Shown here in pieces: positions 41,850-58,519 of a stretch of DNA of 64,000 nt. The notes under the pieces are model-generated. The model saw only the letters and a list, made by a program, of their open reading frames with translations. It did no database searches and had not been told where the DNA came from. A program made the translations under genes and the position numbers. Source of the stretch: Eledone cirrhosa (lineage: Eukaryota); contig OZ024753.1 in NCBI GenBank assembly GCA_964016885.1, positions 32,922,001-32,986,000 on the forward strand, written 5' to 3'. How positions within the stretch are numbered: the first letter of the stretch is position 1; the number at the start of each line of letters is the position of its first letter.

Positions 41850-42726
41850 GCATGTATGTGTGTATTTCTGTATCTACTATTCATAATAGCAATAGACGAT
41901 TTTCACGTAATAGTAAGAAATATTCATCTTGTGCAGGCAATGATTTAAAATATAACTTCCGTATTGAGAAAGAGCGTCGAGTTCACTGCATACGTTTACG
42001 AAATCACTTAATGGAAGTATATTTAAATAGACATTTGTTGGCTAGCCTCTATTCAGGAATTCGGAATCTGAATGCACTAAAATGTTACCTCTGTCAAAAG
42101 TTGCATGCTTGTGAATATTTATCAAAGATTTCTGAAAAGTGAGTTCCTTTAGTAAGCAATCTCCATCAAAACCGATCTCAATGTCTAATGTATTAAACCT
42201 GATCTACCAAATAAAATGTTTTCCTTGTTTTACGTTCTACCATTTAATCCAAGAAACATACATCTCGAAGTAAGATCGTGCTATACTTGATACAAAGACA
42301 AATCCATTAAAATTGGATCAATAATTCTGGACTCAACATGCATGCGCGCGCACACACGCCCACACATACACATACATATTTCCTTCCTTTTTCCCCGAGA
42401 TTAATGTGATTCGAGAAAAGGTTAAGCTATCATTTCTATTACACCTAATATTAGCAAATATTTAGTCTTAGCGACTCAATTTTCAAACTGTCTACGAAAT
42501 TGAAACAAATGCCTTTCTCGTCCACCCACTTGCTAACTACTTAGATGACAAAACGATATGAACGTGATGCAATGAAAGATTTTCTGAAATAAATTCTCGA
42601 GTAAATCTTCCAATTCTATAGATACCTGTCATCATAAATCATGTGCCACGTTTAGGGACATTTACTATGTAATTCTTGAAATATGTGGGTATTATTTATA
42701 AGATACTGTGGGTATTATTTACAAGA

Positions 42727-42883
42727 TCCAACGCCATGCTTTGACGCATAGAGTTACGGCCCTTGTCATTCTGAGTTCAAATCCCGCCAAGGTTAACTTT
42801 GCCTTTCATCCTTAAAGGGTCTATAAAATAAAGTACCAGTAATACACTGGTTAATTGCTGGCCTTGTGCCAAAAGTAGAAACA
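42727..42883 (+). mobile_element. SINE family A, 5'-truncated, with TSD
   Basis: ATTATTTATAAGATACTG at 42691-42708 and 42884-42901, plus an extra partial target copy at the 5' junction. Confidence 0.9.
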
Positions 42884-43480
42884 ATTATTTATAAGATACT
42901 GCGTATTTAATTAATTAGTTATATTTTAATGTCTTTTTATGGCAGGGATCATAAACAAATCTACATAATTGAGAAATAGCATCACATTTAAGTTTCTTTA
43001 ACAAATTATAGTTCGTATGAAGTATTATGAGATGTGCAATTAAGAGTATTGAAAAAACGGGTAAAATGAAAATAGGAAATATGAAGATGAAACTAATTTT
43101 TACCCTACATATTTCAGAGTTAGAACCACTTTTTCACATGAAGAACGAGGAAATAGAGTGTTTGGTTCTATGTGACACCAGTAATGTTACCAGATTTCTG
43201 GAAACGCTTACTAAAACCTCATAACTTATATATAAAAAGATGCTGTAATAAACATTTGGGCCACTTGAGAAATTGCAGTTCCTTAAATGAATTTGATTTT
43301 AAAATAGAATTAATAGAGTTAATATATATATATATGTATATGTATATATATTTATATATATATATATATGCATATGTATGTATATATATATATATGAATG
43401 TATATATATATATATGTATATATATATGTATATATATATATATGAATGTATATATATATATATGAATGTATATATATATG

Positions 43481-43545
<65 letters not shown>

Positions 43546-43580
43546 AGGTATATATATATGTATATATGTATATGTATATA

Positions 43581-43633
<53 letters not shown>

Positions 43634-43642
43634 ATGTATATA

Positions 43643-44013
<371 letters not shown>

Positions 44014-44014
44014 G

Positions 44015-44050
<36 letters not shown>

Positions 44051-44052
44051 AA

Positions 44053-44083
<31 letters not shown>

Positions 44084-44149
44084 GTAAAGTTATATTTAAA
44101 ATTGTTGGGTTATAACTAGTAAATATTTATAGCTGATATAAAAGCACTC

Positions 44150-44496
<347 letters not shown>

Positions 44497-44499
44497 ATG

Positions 44500-44546
<47 letters not shown>

Positions 44547-44577
44547 GTATATATATATATGTATATGTATCTATATG

Positions 44578-44730
<153 letters not shown>

Positions 44731-44874
44731 GTATGTATATATATATGTATATATATATGTATATATATATGTATATATATATGTATATATATATATGTAT
44801 ATATATATGTATATATATATGTATATATATATATGTATATATATATATGTATATATATATATGTATATATATAT

Positions 44875-45020
<146 letters not shown>

Positions 45021-45453
45021 TGAGTGGAGTCTGTGCTGCTGTATGGGTCTGAGACTTGGACACTGACCAAGAAACTCACTCAGATGGTGGATGGGTGCTA
45101 CACGAGAATGCTGAGGATGGCTCTGAACATTAATCAGTATACACTGAGGATGAAAAACTCAGAGCTGTATGGGAGCATCCCAAAAGTCAGCTCAAATGTG
45201 ACACAGAGGAGACTGAGGTTGGCTGGACATGCTCACCGTCATCCAGAGTTGACATTGCACTCAGTGCTCCTTTGGGAGCCCCTACATGGACACACTATAA
45301 GAGGAAGACTAAGGTTAACATATGTTGATGCCCTAAGGACAGACACTGGTCTGTTGGAGATGCAGAATATGGCAGCGATAATGAGGGACAGAGACCGCTG
45401 GAGAGAACTCGTCCATGGATCTCGGGAATTTTACCCGCCTTAGATAGATAGAT
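45021..45453 (+). mobile_element. RTE-clade LINE 3' fragment (5'-truncated, uninterrupted C-terminal ORF, (TAGA)n tail) in (TA)n
   Basis: [15 protein letters not shown]...DGCYTRMLR...RRLRLAGH..RH...LLWEP..G...RGR...TYVD.L...M.DR..WR. The stop is immediately followed by TAGATAGAT. Confidence 0.9.
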
Positions 45454-45622
45454 ATATATATGTATATATATATATATACATATATATATACATATATATA
45501 TATGTATATATACACATATATATATACATATATATATATATATATTATATACATATATATATATGTATATATACACATATATATATACATATATATACAT
45601 ATATATATATGTATATATACAC

Positions 45623-45668
<46 letters not shown>

Positions 45669-45680
45669 GTATATATACAC

Positions 45681-45749
<69 letters not shown>

Positions 45750-45772
45750 CATATATATATACATATATATAC

Positions 45773-45841
<69 letters not shown>

Positions 45842-45902
45842 CATATATATATACATATATATACATATATTTATATATATATATATACACATATATATAT
45901 AC

Positions 45903-45949
<47 letters not shown>

Positions 45950-45982
45950 TATATGTATATATATATATATGTATATATATAG

Positions 45983-46061
<79 letters not shown>

Positions 46062-46062
46062 C

Positions 46063-46115
<53 letters not shown>

Positions 46116-46163
46116 CATATATATATACATATATATATACATATATATATACATATATATATG

Positions 46164-46253
<90 letters not shown>

Positions 46254-46265
46254 AATATATATATG

Positions 46266-46312
<47 letters not shown>

Positions 46313-46410
46313 GTGTATATATATATGTATATATGTATATATATATATGTGTATATATATATATGTATATATGTATATATATATATGTGTATATATATAT
46401 ATGTATATAT

Positions 46411-46464
<54 letters not shown>

Positions 46465-46767
46465 GTATATATATATATGTATATATATATATGTGTATAT
46501 ATATATGTATATATGTATATATATATATGTGTATATATATATGTATATATACATATATATATGTATATATATATATGTATATATATATATATGTATATAT
46601 ATATATGTATATATATATATGTATATATATATGTATATATATATATATGTATATATATATGTATATATACATATATATATATACATATATATATGTATAT
46701 ATACATATATATATATACATACATATATATATGTATATGTACATATATATATATACATATACATATA

Positions 46768-46798
<31 letters not shown>

Positions 46799-46821
46799 GC
46801 ATATATATAGTGTATATATAC

Positions 46822-46853
<32 letters not shown>

Positions 46854-46927
46854 GTATATATAGTGTATATATACATATATATACATACATATATATATAT
46901 ATATATGTATATATAGTGTATATATAC

Positions 46928-47001
<74 letters not shown>

Positions 47002-47092
47002 GTATATATATACATATATATATATACATATATATATGTATATAAATATATATATATATGTATATATATATATGTATATATATATATATGTA

Positions 47093-47125
<33 letters not shown>

Positions 47126-47540
47126 TTGTATATATACATATATATGTATATATATGTATATATATATGTGTATATATACATATATATATATATGTATATA
47201 TGTATGTGTATATATACATATATATATATATGTATATATGTAGGTGTATATATACATATATACATATATATATACATATATATATATACATATATATATA
47301 TAAATATATATATGTATATATATATATGTATATATACACATATATATATACATATATATATATACATATATATATATGTATATAAACACATTTATATACA
47401 TATATATATACATATGTATATAAACATATTTATATACATATATATATATATATATACAAATATATATGTATATAAACACATATTTATATACATATATATA
47501 TACATATATATATGTATATAAACACATACGTATATACATA

Positions 47541-47583
<43 letters not shown>

Positions 47584-47584
47584 G

Positions 47585-47836
<252 letters not shown>

Positions 47837-47840
47837 TATA

Positions 47841-47918
<78 letters not shown>

Positions 47919-47933
47919 TATATGTATATACAT

Positions 47934-48548
<615 letters not shown>

Positions 48549-49022
48549 TATATATATATATATATATATACAGATATATATATATATATATATATACAGA
48601 TTATATATATATATATATATATACAGATATATATATATATATATATATACAGATATATATATATATATATTTACAGATATATATATATATATATATATAT
48701 ACAGATATATATATATATATATTTACAGATATATATATATATATATATATACAGATATATATATATATATATATATACAGATATATATATATATATATTT
48801 ACAGATATATATATATATATATATATACAGATATATATATATATATATATATACAGATATATATATATATATATATATACAGATATATATATATATATAT
48901 ATATACAGATATATATATATATATATATATACAGATATATATATATATATATATATACAGATATATATATATATATATACAGATATATACAGATATATAT
49001 ATATATATATATATATACATAC

Positions 49023-49166
<144 letters not shown>

Positions 49167-49179
49167 GTATATATATATG

Positions 49180-49273
<94 letters not shown>

Positions 49274-49290
49274 TGTATTATATATATATG

Positions 49291-49353
<63 letters not shown>

Positions 49354-49354
49354 G

Positions 49355-49745
<391 letters not shown>

Positions 49746-49771
49746 GTGTATATATATATATATATGTATAC

Positions 49772-49849
<78 letters not shown>

Positions 49850-49882
49850 GTGTATATATATATATATGTATATATATATGTG

Positions 49883-50161
<279 letters not shown>

Positions 50162-50174
50162 GTATATATATATG

Positions 50175-50783
<609 letters not shown>

Positions 50784-50850
50784 ATATATATATATATATA
50801 TACATGTATATATATATATATACATGTATATATATATATATATATACATG

Positions 50851-51350
<500 letters not shown>

Positions 51351-51354
51351 CATA

Positions 51355-51437
<83 letters not shown>

Positions 51438-51519
51438 CTCTTTTACTCTTTTACTCTTTTACCTGTTTCAGCCATCCGGCTGAGGCCATGCTGGGGCACC
51501 GCCCTTGTTGCTACACATT

Positions 51520-54500
51520 TTATCTCCAGCCTGTATAGGTTGGCCACTGGTGTAGGAGGGAGTTTGTTGCTGCTGCCCTTAGGTTTCCCTCGTGTCTTGC
51601 TGTGGGCTCATCCGGGATCCTGGATAACAAGGTGTCGAGATGTTTCTTAAAGACATCCACCTCCACGTCATGCAAGTCTCGCAGATGCCTAGGCAGCCTG
51701 TTGAAGAGTTGAGGGCCCTTGAATCCCAGGCTATTGCAATACCTGCTCCTTATTCTAGATGTGGAAGACGGGACCTTTGGCACCACACAGTGACGTCCTG
51801 TTCGTCGGTTGGTCCAGCTCCCAATGCCAAAGTTTGGTGCTAGTCCCTCCAGGATTTTCCACATGTAGATCACTGCGTATCTCTCCCGTCTTCGCTCCAA
51901 GGAGTAGAGGTTCAGTTCCTTCAGCCTCTCCCAGTAGCTTGTCTCCCTCATCTTGGCAATCCTCTTGGTGTAGCTTCGCTGGATTGCCTCAAGCTCTGTG
52001 GTTAGTTTGACACTATGGGGTGACCACAGCTGGGAGCAGTAGTCCAGGCGGCTTAGGAGAAAAGTCCTCCACAGTGTCAACATGGTGTCTCGATCTCTTG
52101 TAAGGAAAGTCCTCAAGATCCAGCCAGCGAATCGTCTACATGCTGTCGCCACCTTCATGATGTGTGAAGAAAAAGATGCATCATCGCTCATGTCTATGCC
52201 CAGGTCTCGTATCGATTTTGACACGGGGATATCGGTCCCTCCTGGTGCTGTGTAGCTGTGTTCCGCTATATTTGTGTTTGTGTTTGCAGGTTTGTATTGT
52301 AGGGCTTGGAATTTGCCAGCGTTAAACTGCATGTTGTTTTCTTCCGCCCATCTGTATATGGCATCCAGATCCTGCTGTAAGAGGGCAGCGTCAGCCGGGT
52401 TTTTGATTGCCTGTGCTACCTTAGTGTCATCAGCATAGCTAGTGAGGGATGTTGTTGCATGCACCACAGAGGGCATGTCCGAGAGAGCCACCAAAAACAG
52501 TAGTGGTCCCAGGACTGTCCCCTGAGGCACCCCACTTGTTATCGGTGTTTCCCTCGAGAGGGCCCCATTTGCTGCGACTGCCTGGCTTCTGTCCCTCAGG
52601 AAGCCATGCAGCCACTCACCTACTTTTCCAGTTATGCCGAGTCCGTGTAGTTTGTGACATATCATTCCGTGGTCGACCTTGTCAAAGGCCTTCGCAAAGT
52701 CAAGATATATCACGTCCACATGTGAGCTGTCTAGTAGCTGTCTCAGTACCCAGTCGTAGTGATGTAGCAGCTGTGTAAGGCAGCTTCTTCCTGGGCGGAA
52801 GCCATGTTGCGTGCTAGTCAGGCGGTCATTTTCTTCGAGGAAAGTGATTAGTTTCTTTCTGACGACTCGCTCCATGACCTTACTGATATGCGACGTCAGG
52901 GAGACTGGCCTATAGTTCTTGGCCTCCGCTCTACTACCTCCTTTATGGATAGGGCATATTGTGCCTTCTTTCAGCTCCCTGGGTAGTACACCGCTAGCCA
53001 AGGAGCTTCTGAAGAGCATCTTCAGTGGAGTTGCTAAGGCCCGCTTACATATTTTTAGGAGAACTGCTGGGAATCCATCAGGTCCAGCAGCCGAGTCTGT
53101 TCTAATTTCATCAATGGCGTACACCACATCCTCCTCCGTTATGTCTATGTGGTTGATGGTTGCCATTTCTTGATGTAGTGTTGTGGCATCAAAGAACTCC
53201 TCTGGCTTCGTTATTTGCATGTGCTTCAGTGGACATGTGAAGACACTTTTGTACTGTTCGTTCAGTATTTCACATATCTCTTGGGGATTTTCGGTTAATG
53301 AACCGTCCGTGTGGAAGAGTGGTCCAATCTTGCAGTGTACTGAGGCAGTTTCTTTTGCAAATTTAAAGAAGGCCTTAGGGTTTGTTTTAATGTTTTCTAT
53401 GGCCCTGTTCTCTTTCCTTGCCCTCTCATTCTCATGTGAAAGCTTGAGTGCAATCTCGGTGTCAAGTAGTGCACGTTTCAAATAGGATTCCTTCTTGTTT
53501 TGGTTTTGTTGACTATTCAACTGGTTTGAGAGTTGAGTTCTACGTCTCATAAGGATTTTCCTATCTCTGGGAATAAGATTTTTGTGTCTGTTTGCCTCTT
53601 TCTCCGGGACACACTTTTTGCATATGGTGTGTATCGTTGTCATGAAGTGTTGAAATTGTGTGTTAGTGTCTTGTGTGGCGATGTTTGCACTCCATGTTTG
53701 CTTCCGGATTTCACTCTTAATCTTCTTCCAGTCAGCCCCGTAGAAGTTAAGGCTGGATAGCGTCCCGGAGCTTCTTGGTGGTTTTGTCTCTGTTGGTTCT
53801 CTTGGACCACATATCATTAGCTCTACCAAGTTATGATCCGAGAGAATTGTTGGTGTCACCTTTACATTGTGGATGAGCACTTCGTTGTTTGTAAAACAGA
53901 GGTCCAGGACATTTTCGCCTCTTGTTGGGAGGAGTATTGCTTGCTCCATGAACAGCCTGTGTGTGAGGGCCAGCAGGGATTCCGTTTGTCTCTGTTCTAT
54001 TGACGTCATTCCAGGGAGGAGGTGGCCCTCAGGCCATTTGACCTTTGGTAGGTTGAAGTCTCCCAGCAGTAGGATGTTGAGACCCTGGTCCAGTTTGTCA
54101 AGGACCTCTTCTATCCTACTTAGGCTATCCTCAAATTTACCCTCATGACTGGGGGCATCGGGCGGCCGATATGTGACACATATTACCGTCTGTAGTTGCT
54201 TCATATGTATTATCAGTGTGTCACAGACTGAGTTTGAATGTGTCAACAGTACAATTGGTGTGACATCTTCACGGATATACAGAGCAACCCCACCATGAGT
54301 TCTCTCCTTCCTGTCCGAACGAAATACAGTATATTTCGGTATATGTATTTCTGCATCTGCTATACTGCTTGTCAGGTGCGTTTCGGTTAGTGCCATGCAT
54401 AGTGCTTGATTGCTTATGGCTAAGTCTCCCAGGTAGGAAATTTTACTCATGTTGCTGAGTTTCACCAGGCCCCTGACATTCAGCAGCAGCACTGGTGTGA

Positions 54501-54561
54501 CTTTTGGGGTGCCAGTAATGGCTGTCGGTATGACACCTGGTCTGGTGTCAGCGGCGGCCAC
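51520..54561 (-). CDS. LINE ORF2: APE endonuclease + reverse transcriptase, uninterrupted (1013 codons; listed start is GTG)
   Basis: APE motifs: LNVRGL, ALTETHL, YRPP, GDFN, LDLCF, SDHN. RT motifs: [46 protein letters not shown]1-type C-terminus [10 protein letters not shown]...FNRLP. Confidence 0.97.
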   Translation of the reverse strand: MAAADTRPGVIPTAITGTPKVTPVLLLNVRGLVKLSNMSKISYLGDLAISNQALCMALTETHLTSSIADAEIHIPKYTVFRSDRKERTHGGVALYIREDVTPIVLLTHSNSVCDTLIIHMKQLQTVICVTYRPPDAPSHEGKFEDSLSRIEEVLDKLDQGLNILLLGDFNLPKVKWPEGHLLPGMTSIEQRQTESLLALTHRLFMEQAILLPTRGENVLDLCFTNNEVLIHNVKVTPTILSDHNLVELMICGPREPTETKPPRSSGTLSSLNFYGADWKKIKSEIRKQTWSANIATQDTNTQFQHFMTTIHTICKKCVPEKEANRHKNLIPRDRKILMRRRTQLSNQLNSQQNQNKKESYLKRALLDTEIALKLSHENERARKENRAIENIKTNPKAFFKFAKETASVHCKIGPLFHTDGSLTENPQEICEILNEQYKSVFTCPLKHMQITKPEEFFDATTLHQEMATINHIDITEEDVVYAIDEIRTDSAAGPDGFPAVLLKICKRALATPLKMLFRSSLASGVLPRELKEGTICPIHKGGSRAEAKNYRPVSLTSHISKVMERVVRKKLITFLEENDRLTSTQHGFRPGRSCLTQLLHHYDWVLRQLLDSSHVDVIYLDFAKAFDKVDHGMICHKLHGLGITGKVGEWLHGFLRDRSQAVAANGALSRETPITSGVPQGTVLGPLLFLVALSDMPSVVHATTSLTSYADDTKVAQAIKNPADAALLQQDLDAIYRWAEENNMQFNAGKFQALQYKPANTNTNIAEHSYTAPGGTDIPVSKSIRDLGIDMSDDASFSSHIMKVATACRRFAGWILRTFLTRDRDTMLTLWRTFLLSRLDYCSQLWSPHSVKLTTELEAIQRSYTKRIAKMRETSYWERLKELNLYSLERRRERYAVIYMWKILEGLAPNFGIGSWTNRRTGRHCVVPKVPSSTSRIRSRYCNSLGFKGPQLFNRLPRHLRDLHDVEVDVFKKHLDTLLSRIPDEPTARHEGNLRAAATNSLLHQWPTYTGWR

Positions 54562-55405
54562 TCTGGGTCCCTTAACTGCGGTGGTCTCGAGTGCTGGTGT
54601 GGATGACCCTGGCTCTGGAGACGATGCAGCCAGGTCAGCTGTCCCACAATCTTCTCTGCCATCACTAAAAAATTTTTCTGATCTGCTGCTGCCATCTGTA
54701 TCTCGTCGGCATGTGCGTGCCTTCTCCTTGTTGGTGCAGCACGCGCGACATCAGCATACTTCTGGAGCGGCTTATTTCGGCTTTGGCTGGGGCATGTTGC
54801 GCGAGTATGATGGGCATAGTTCGTTTGAGACCTAGGGTGGGCGAATCTGCATCCCATCCCTGTCTCTCCATGCCAGCATGTCCCGTTCTTGAAAAACTTG
54901 CACATTACTTGGTGTTTTTTGCTCCCAGTGTCTCGGTGCTTTCTGTTCTTTCTTTGAACAGTTGTCCACTGGTCCCTCTGCGCTTGGTTCTCCTTCGGAA
55001 GGTGATTTCGCTTTTCACCTTTGCCCTTAGCTTGTTGGTTGCCCGGCCTGCCCTCCCTGTCTGTAGCGGAGGGTATATCATTTTCTTTCAGGTCCGTGCT
55101 TGTGCTCTCCTCCTTTTCTTTTTCCCTTTCCTTTTCCTCTTCCTTTTCCCTCTCCTTCTCCTCATCCCTCCCTTCGGTTTTCTCCTCCCTGAGGACACGG
55201 CTTAACATCGCCATATGAGGCGCTATGAGGACATACGCCTTCTCAATTTCTTTTCTCTTTATCTGTACCAGGGTCCTCATAAACCCATGGCTCTTCAGGT
55301 TCTCCGCCATCTTTTTGCTTGGTGGAGACCCATCAGCCATAGTCCACCCCTTGATCAAAACCGCTAGTTCAATCTTCGACCAGTTTCGCTGTCTCCTGAT
55401 TTCAC

Positions 55406-55409
<4 letters not shown>
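54480..55409 (-). CDS. LINE ORF1 (5'-truncated): Myb/SANT-like domain, K/E-rich linker, CCCH zinc finger
   Basis: The frame stays open upstream of the track start and runs into the (TA)n: KCEIRRQRNWSKIELAVLIKGW...KKMAENLKSHGFMRTLVQIKRK. It also contains CKFFKNGTCWHGETGMGCRFAHP (CCCH). It overlaps ORF2, which is in the -1 frame. Confidence 0.8.
54604..54672 (-). promoter_or_regulatory. Candidate -1 programmed ribosomal frameshift signal (U_UUU_UUA plus downstream stem/pseudoknot)
   Basis: The ORF1 frame reads AAT TTT TTA (heptamer 54672-54666). A -1 slip enters the ORF2 frame, which is stop-free from 54750 to its stop at 51520. A TGACCTGGCT/AGCCAGGGTCA stem lies downstream. Confidence 0.55.
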
Positions 55410-55455
<46 letters not shown>

Positions 55456-55806
55456 GTATATATTAGAAAGTGAGGTTTTTTTTACAAAATGAAAAATAAC
55501 CGAGGTGTCCTACACGAGTGGAAGTATAAAGAAAAACGGATGAAATCGAAAATGCAACTGAAGTCTTATTTTTTTTTAAATATATATATTTATTTGGTTC
55601 CTTTACCGGTTTCGCAGTTCTTCTGCTTTTCAAAAGGTGAGTTGAGATGGAGGGTCTGTGGTTTTTCTCACATCTGGTTGGTCTCTAAATGTTACTTGTT
55701 TTATATGGAAAAACTGGCTCGAAAACCAGGTTTTTCGAGAAGTAATTTGATTGGTTTGTCAATAATTATAATAAATTTCGCGCCAGTTCGCGTTACAATA
55801 GTTCTT

Positions 55807-56093
55807 CAAATAAGAGAGGGGGGGGTTGTCACAGGTTGTTTTTTCATATATGAGTGTTTGAATTTCTTTTTACTTGAAAAAATGAGCCTCATTTTTTCAA
55901 TTTCGATTTGCTTTAATTAATTTTGAATCTGTTGTTCAGATCGAGTTTTCAAAAATTGAACTGTACGTTTAGCAATGTCGTTCAGAGATGAAGCATCTAT
56001 ATTTTCTGTTTGGGAAAGGCAATGCCATGTGTTTATTAGAATGTCGATTTCATTATCAGACCAGTTCTGTTTGGATTTTTGCTGGTTAGCCAT
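55807..56093 (-). pseudogene. Decayed Myb/SANT-like (trihelix/MADF-type) DNA-binding protein ORF
   Basis: Manual translation from ATG 56093: MANQQKSKQNWSDNEIDILINTWHCLSQTENIDASSLNDIAKRTVQFLKTRSEQQIQN*LKQIEIEKMRLIF... The W-x3-E-x3-L-x3-W and RS..QI.N(K)LK pattern is present. TAA at 55917-55919 sits where AAA (K) is expected. Confidence 0.6.
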
Positions 56094-56104
56094 TCTAGTT
56101 TTGA

Positions 56105-56820
56105 GTGTGTGTGTGTTTTAGTTAAGTATTTCAATATATATATATTTTTTTTTTTTAATTTATTTTTGATTTATTTTTGTTTTTTGTTTTTCTTGTGTGT
56201 GAGTGAGAAGCGTATATATATAAATATTAGTATATATATATATATATATGTATATTCTGGTTATTTGAAATTAATTAAGTTAATGAAAAGACGAAAGTAT
56301 ATAATAATAATTTGTAGTTAAAGGAAAATGTACTCACAAGTTCGTGTGTGTGTGTTTTAGTTAAGTATTTCAATATATATATTTTTTTTTTTAAATTTAT
56401 TTTTGATTTATTTTTGTTTTTTGTTTTTCTTGTGTGTGAGTGAGAAGCGTATATATATAAATATGAGTATATATATATATATATATATGTATATTCTGGT
56501 TATTTGAAATTAATTAAGTTAATGAAAAGACGAAAGTATATAATAATAATTTGTAGTTAAAGGAAAATGTACTCACAAGTTCGTGTGTGTGTGTTTTAGT
56601 TAAGTATTTCAATATATATATATTTTTTTTTTTATTTATTTTTGATTTATTTTTGTTTTTTGTTTTTCTTGTGTGTGAGTGAGAAGCGTATATATATAAA
56701 TATGAGTATATATATATATATATATGTATATTCTGGTTATTTGAAATTAATTAAGTTAATGAAAAGACGAAAGTATATAATAATAATTTGTAGTTAAAGG
56801 AAAATGTACTCACAAGTTCG
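56105..56820. repeat. Tandem repeat, ~239-bp unit x3, near-identical
   Basis: Units start at ~56105, ~56344 and ~56583, each ending ...aaggaaaatgtactcacaagttcg. Each has a minus-strand GTGAGT donor-like site. Confidence 0.95.
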
Positions 56821-56831
56821 AAAACACGTGG

Positions 56832-56934
56832 TTTCAAATATATAATAATATAGATGTATGAAAAATGTATTAACCGGTCAATTTTCAAATATATAATAAT
56901 ATAGATGTATGAAAATGTATTAACCGGTCAATTT
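56832..56934. repeat. Tandem duplication of a ~51-bp unit
   Basis: tttcaaatatataataatatagatgtatgaaaa(a)tgtattaaccggtcaatt occurs twice. Confidence 0.9.
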
Positions 56935-57072
56935 TTGTTTGTTTGGTTTTGTCTTGTGGTTTTGTTTTGTGGCTGTGTGACTTGCTGCTTACTCGGGGAG
57001 AGAAGTAAAAACACGTCCTTATATATATATATATATATGTATATATATCTACATATATATATATATATCTAC

Positions 57073-57129
<57 letters not shown>

Positions 57130-57178
57130 CATATATATCTACATATATATATATATATACATATATATCTACATATAC

Positions 57179-57418
<240 letters not shown>

Positions 57419-57424
57419 ATATAC

Positions 57425-57475
<51 letters not shown>

Positions 57476-57488
57476 CACATATATATAC

Positions 57489-57555
<67 letters not shown>

Positions 57556-58519
57556 CACATATATGTACATATATATATATACACATATATATATACACAT
57601 ATATATATATATATACATATATATACATATATACATATATATACACATATATATATACACATATATATATATATATACATATATATACATATATACATAT
57701 ATATACACATATATATATGTATACATATATATACATATATACATATATATATATACACATATACATATATATACATATATATATATGTACATATATATTT
57801 ATGTACATATATACACATATATATATACATATATATATATGTACATATATATATATACACATATATATATATACACATATATATATACACATATATATAT
57901 ATACACATATATATATATACACATATATATATATACATATATATATATACACATATATATATATACATATATATATATACATATATATATATACACATAT
58001 ATATATATATACACATATATATATATATACACATATATATATATACACATATATATATATATATATATACATATATACACATATATATATATACATATAT
58101 ATACATGTATATATATGTACATATATATATATACATATATATATATACATATATATACATATATATATATGTACATATATATATATACATATATATATAT
58201 ACATATATATATATATATGTAGGAGGTGAGTTTTATTGTAGTACAATAAAGCAATGCAGATATCGGATAAGAAGCACTCTACAGTTTGTGGGACTGGAGT
58301 ATGCATAATATAAGATCAAAAGATGGTTAAAGGAGTTCAATATATTTTATTATGCGCATTTCAAAAACAAACATCATCAAACAATAATATTTGTGTTTTC
58401 ATCAGATAAAACAGGAGAACATGATATGAAGGCTAAAAAAAAACACTTGTTGATAGTGCAGTTTTAAATCAACATATGAAAAGTGGTTTTAGATTGATGT
58501 GTGATATTGGGAAAAATAT

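Larger units (their letters stand above)
51437..55410 (-). mobile_element. Young CR1-group (CR1/L2/Jockey superclade) non-LTR retrotransposon, 5'-truncated within ORF1, inserted in (TA)n
   Basis: Two overlapping ORFs. The short 3' UTR has a TCAGCC-GGAT-GGCTGA hairpin and a (GTAAAAGA)3 tail at 51437-51462. The element is visibly more GC-rich than its flanks and both ends abut (TA)n arrays. Confidence 0.95.

Noticed and set aside
51640-55473. Several plus-strand ORFs over the LINE
   Set aside because: Antisense shadows of GC-rich ORF1/ORF2; no motifs.
55489-55920. 143-aa plus-strand ORF
   Set aside because: No motif; it overlaps antisense to the more plausible minus-strand Myb-like relic.
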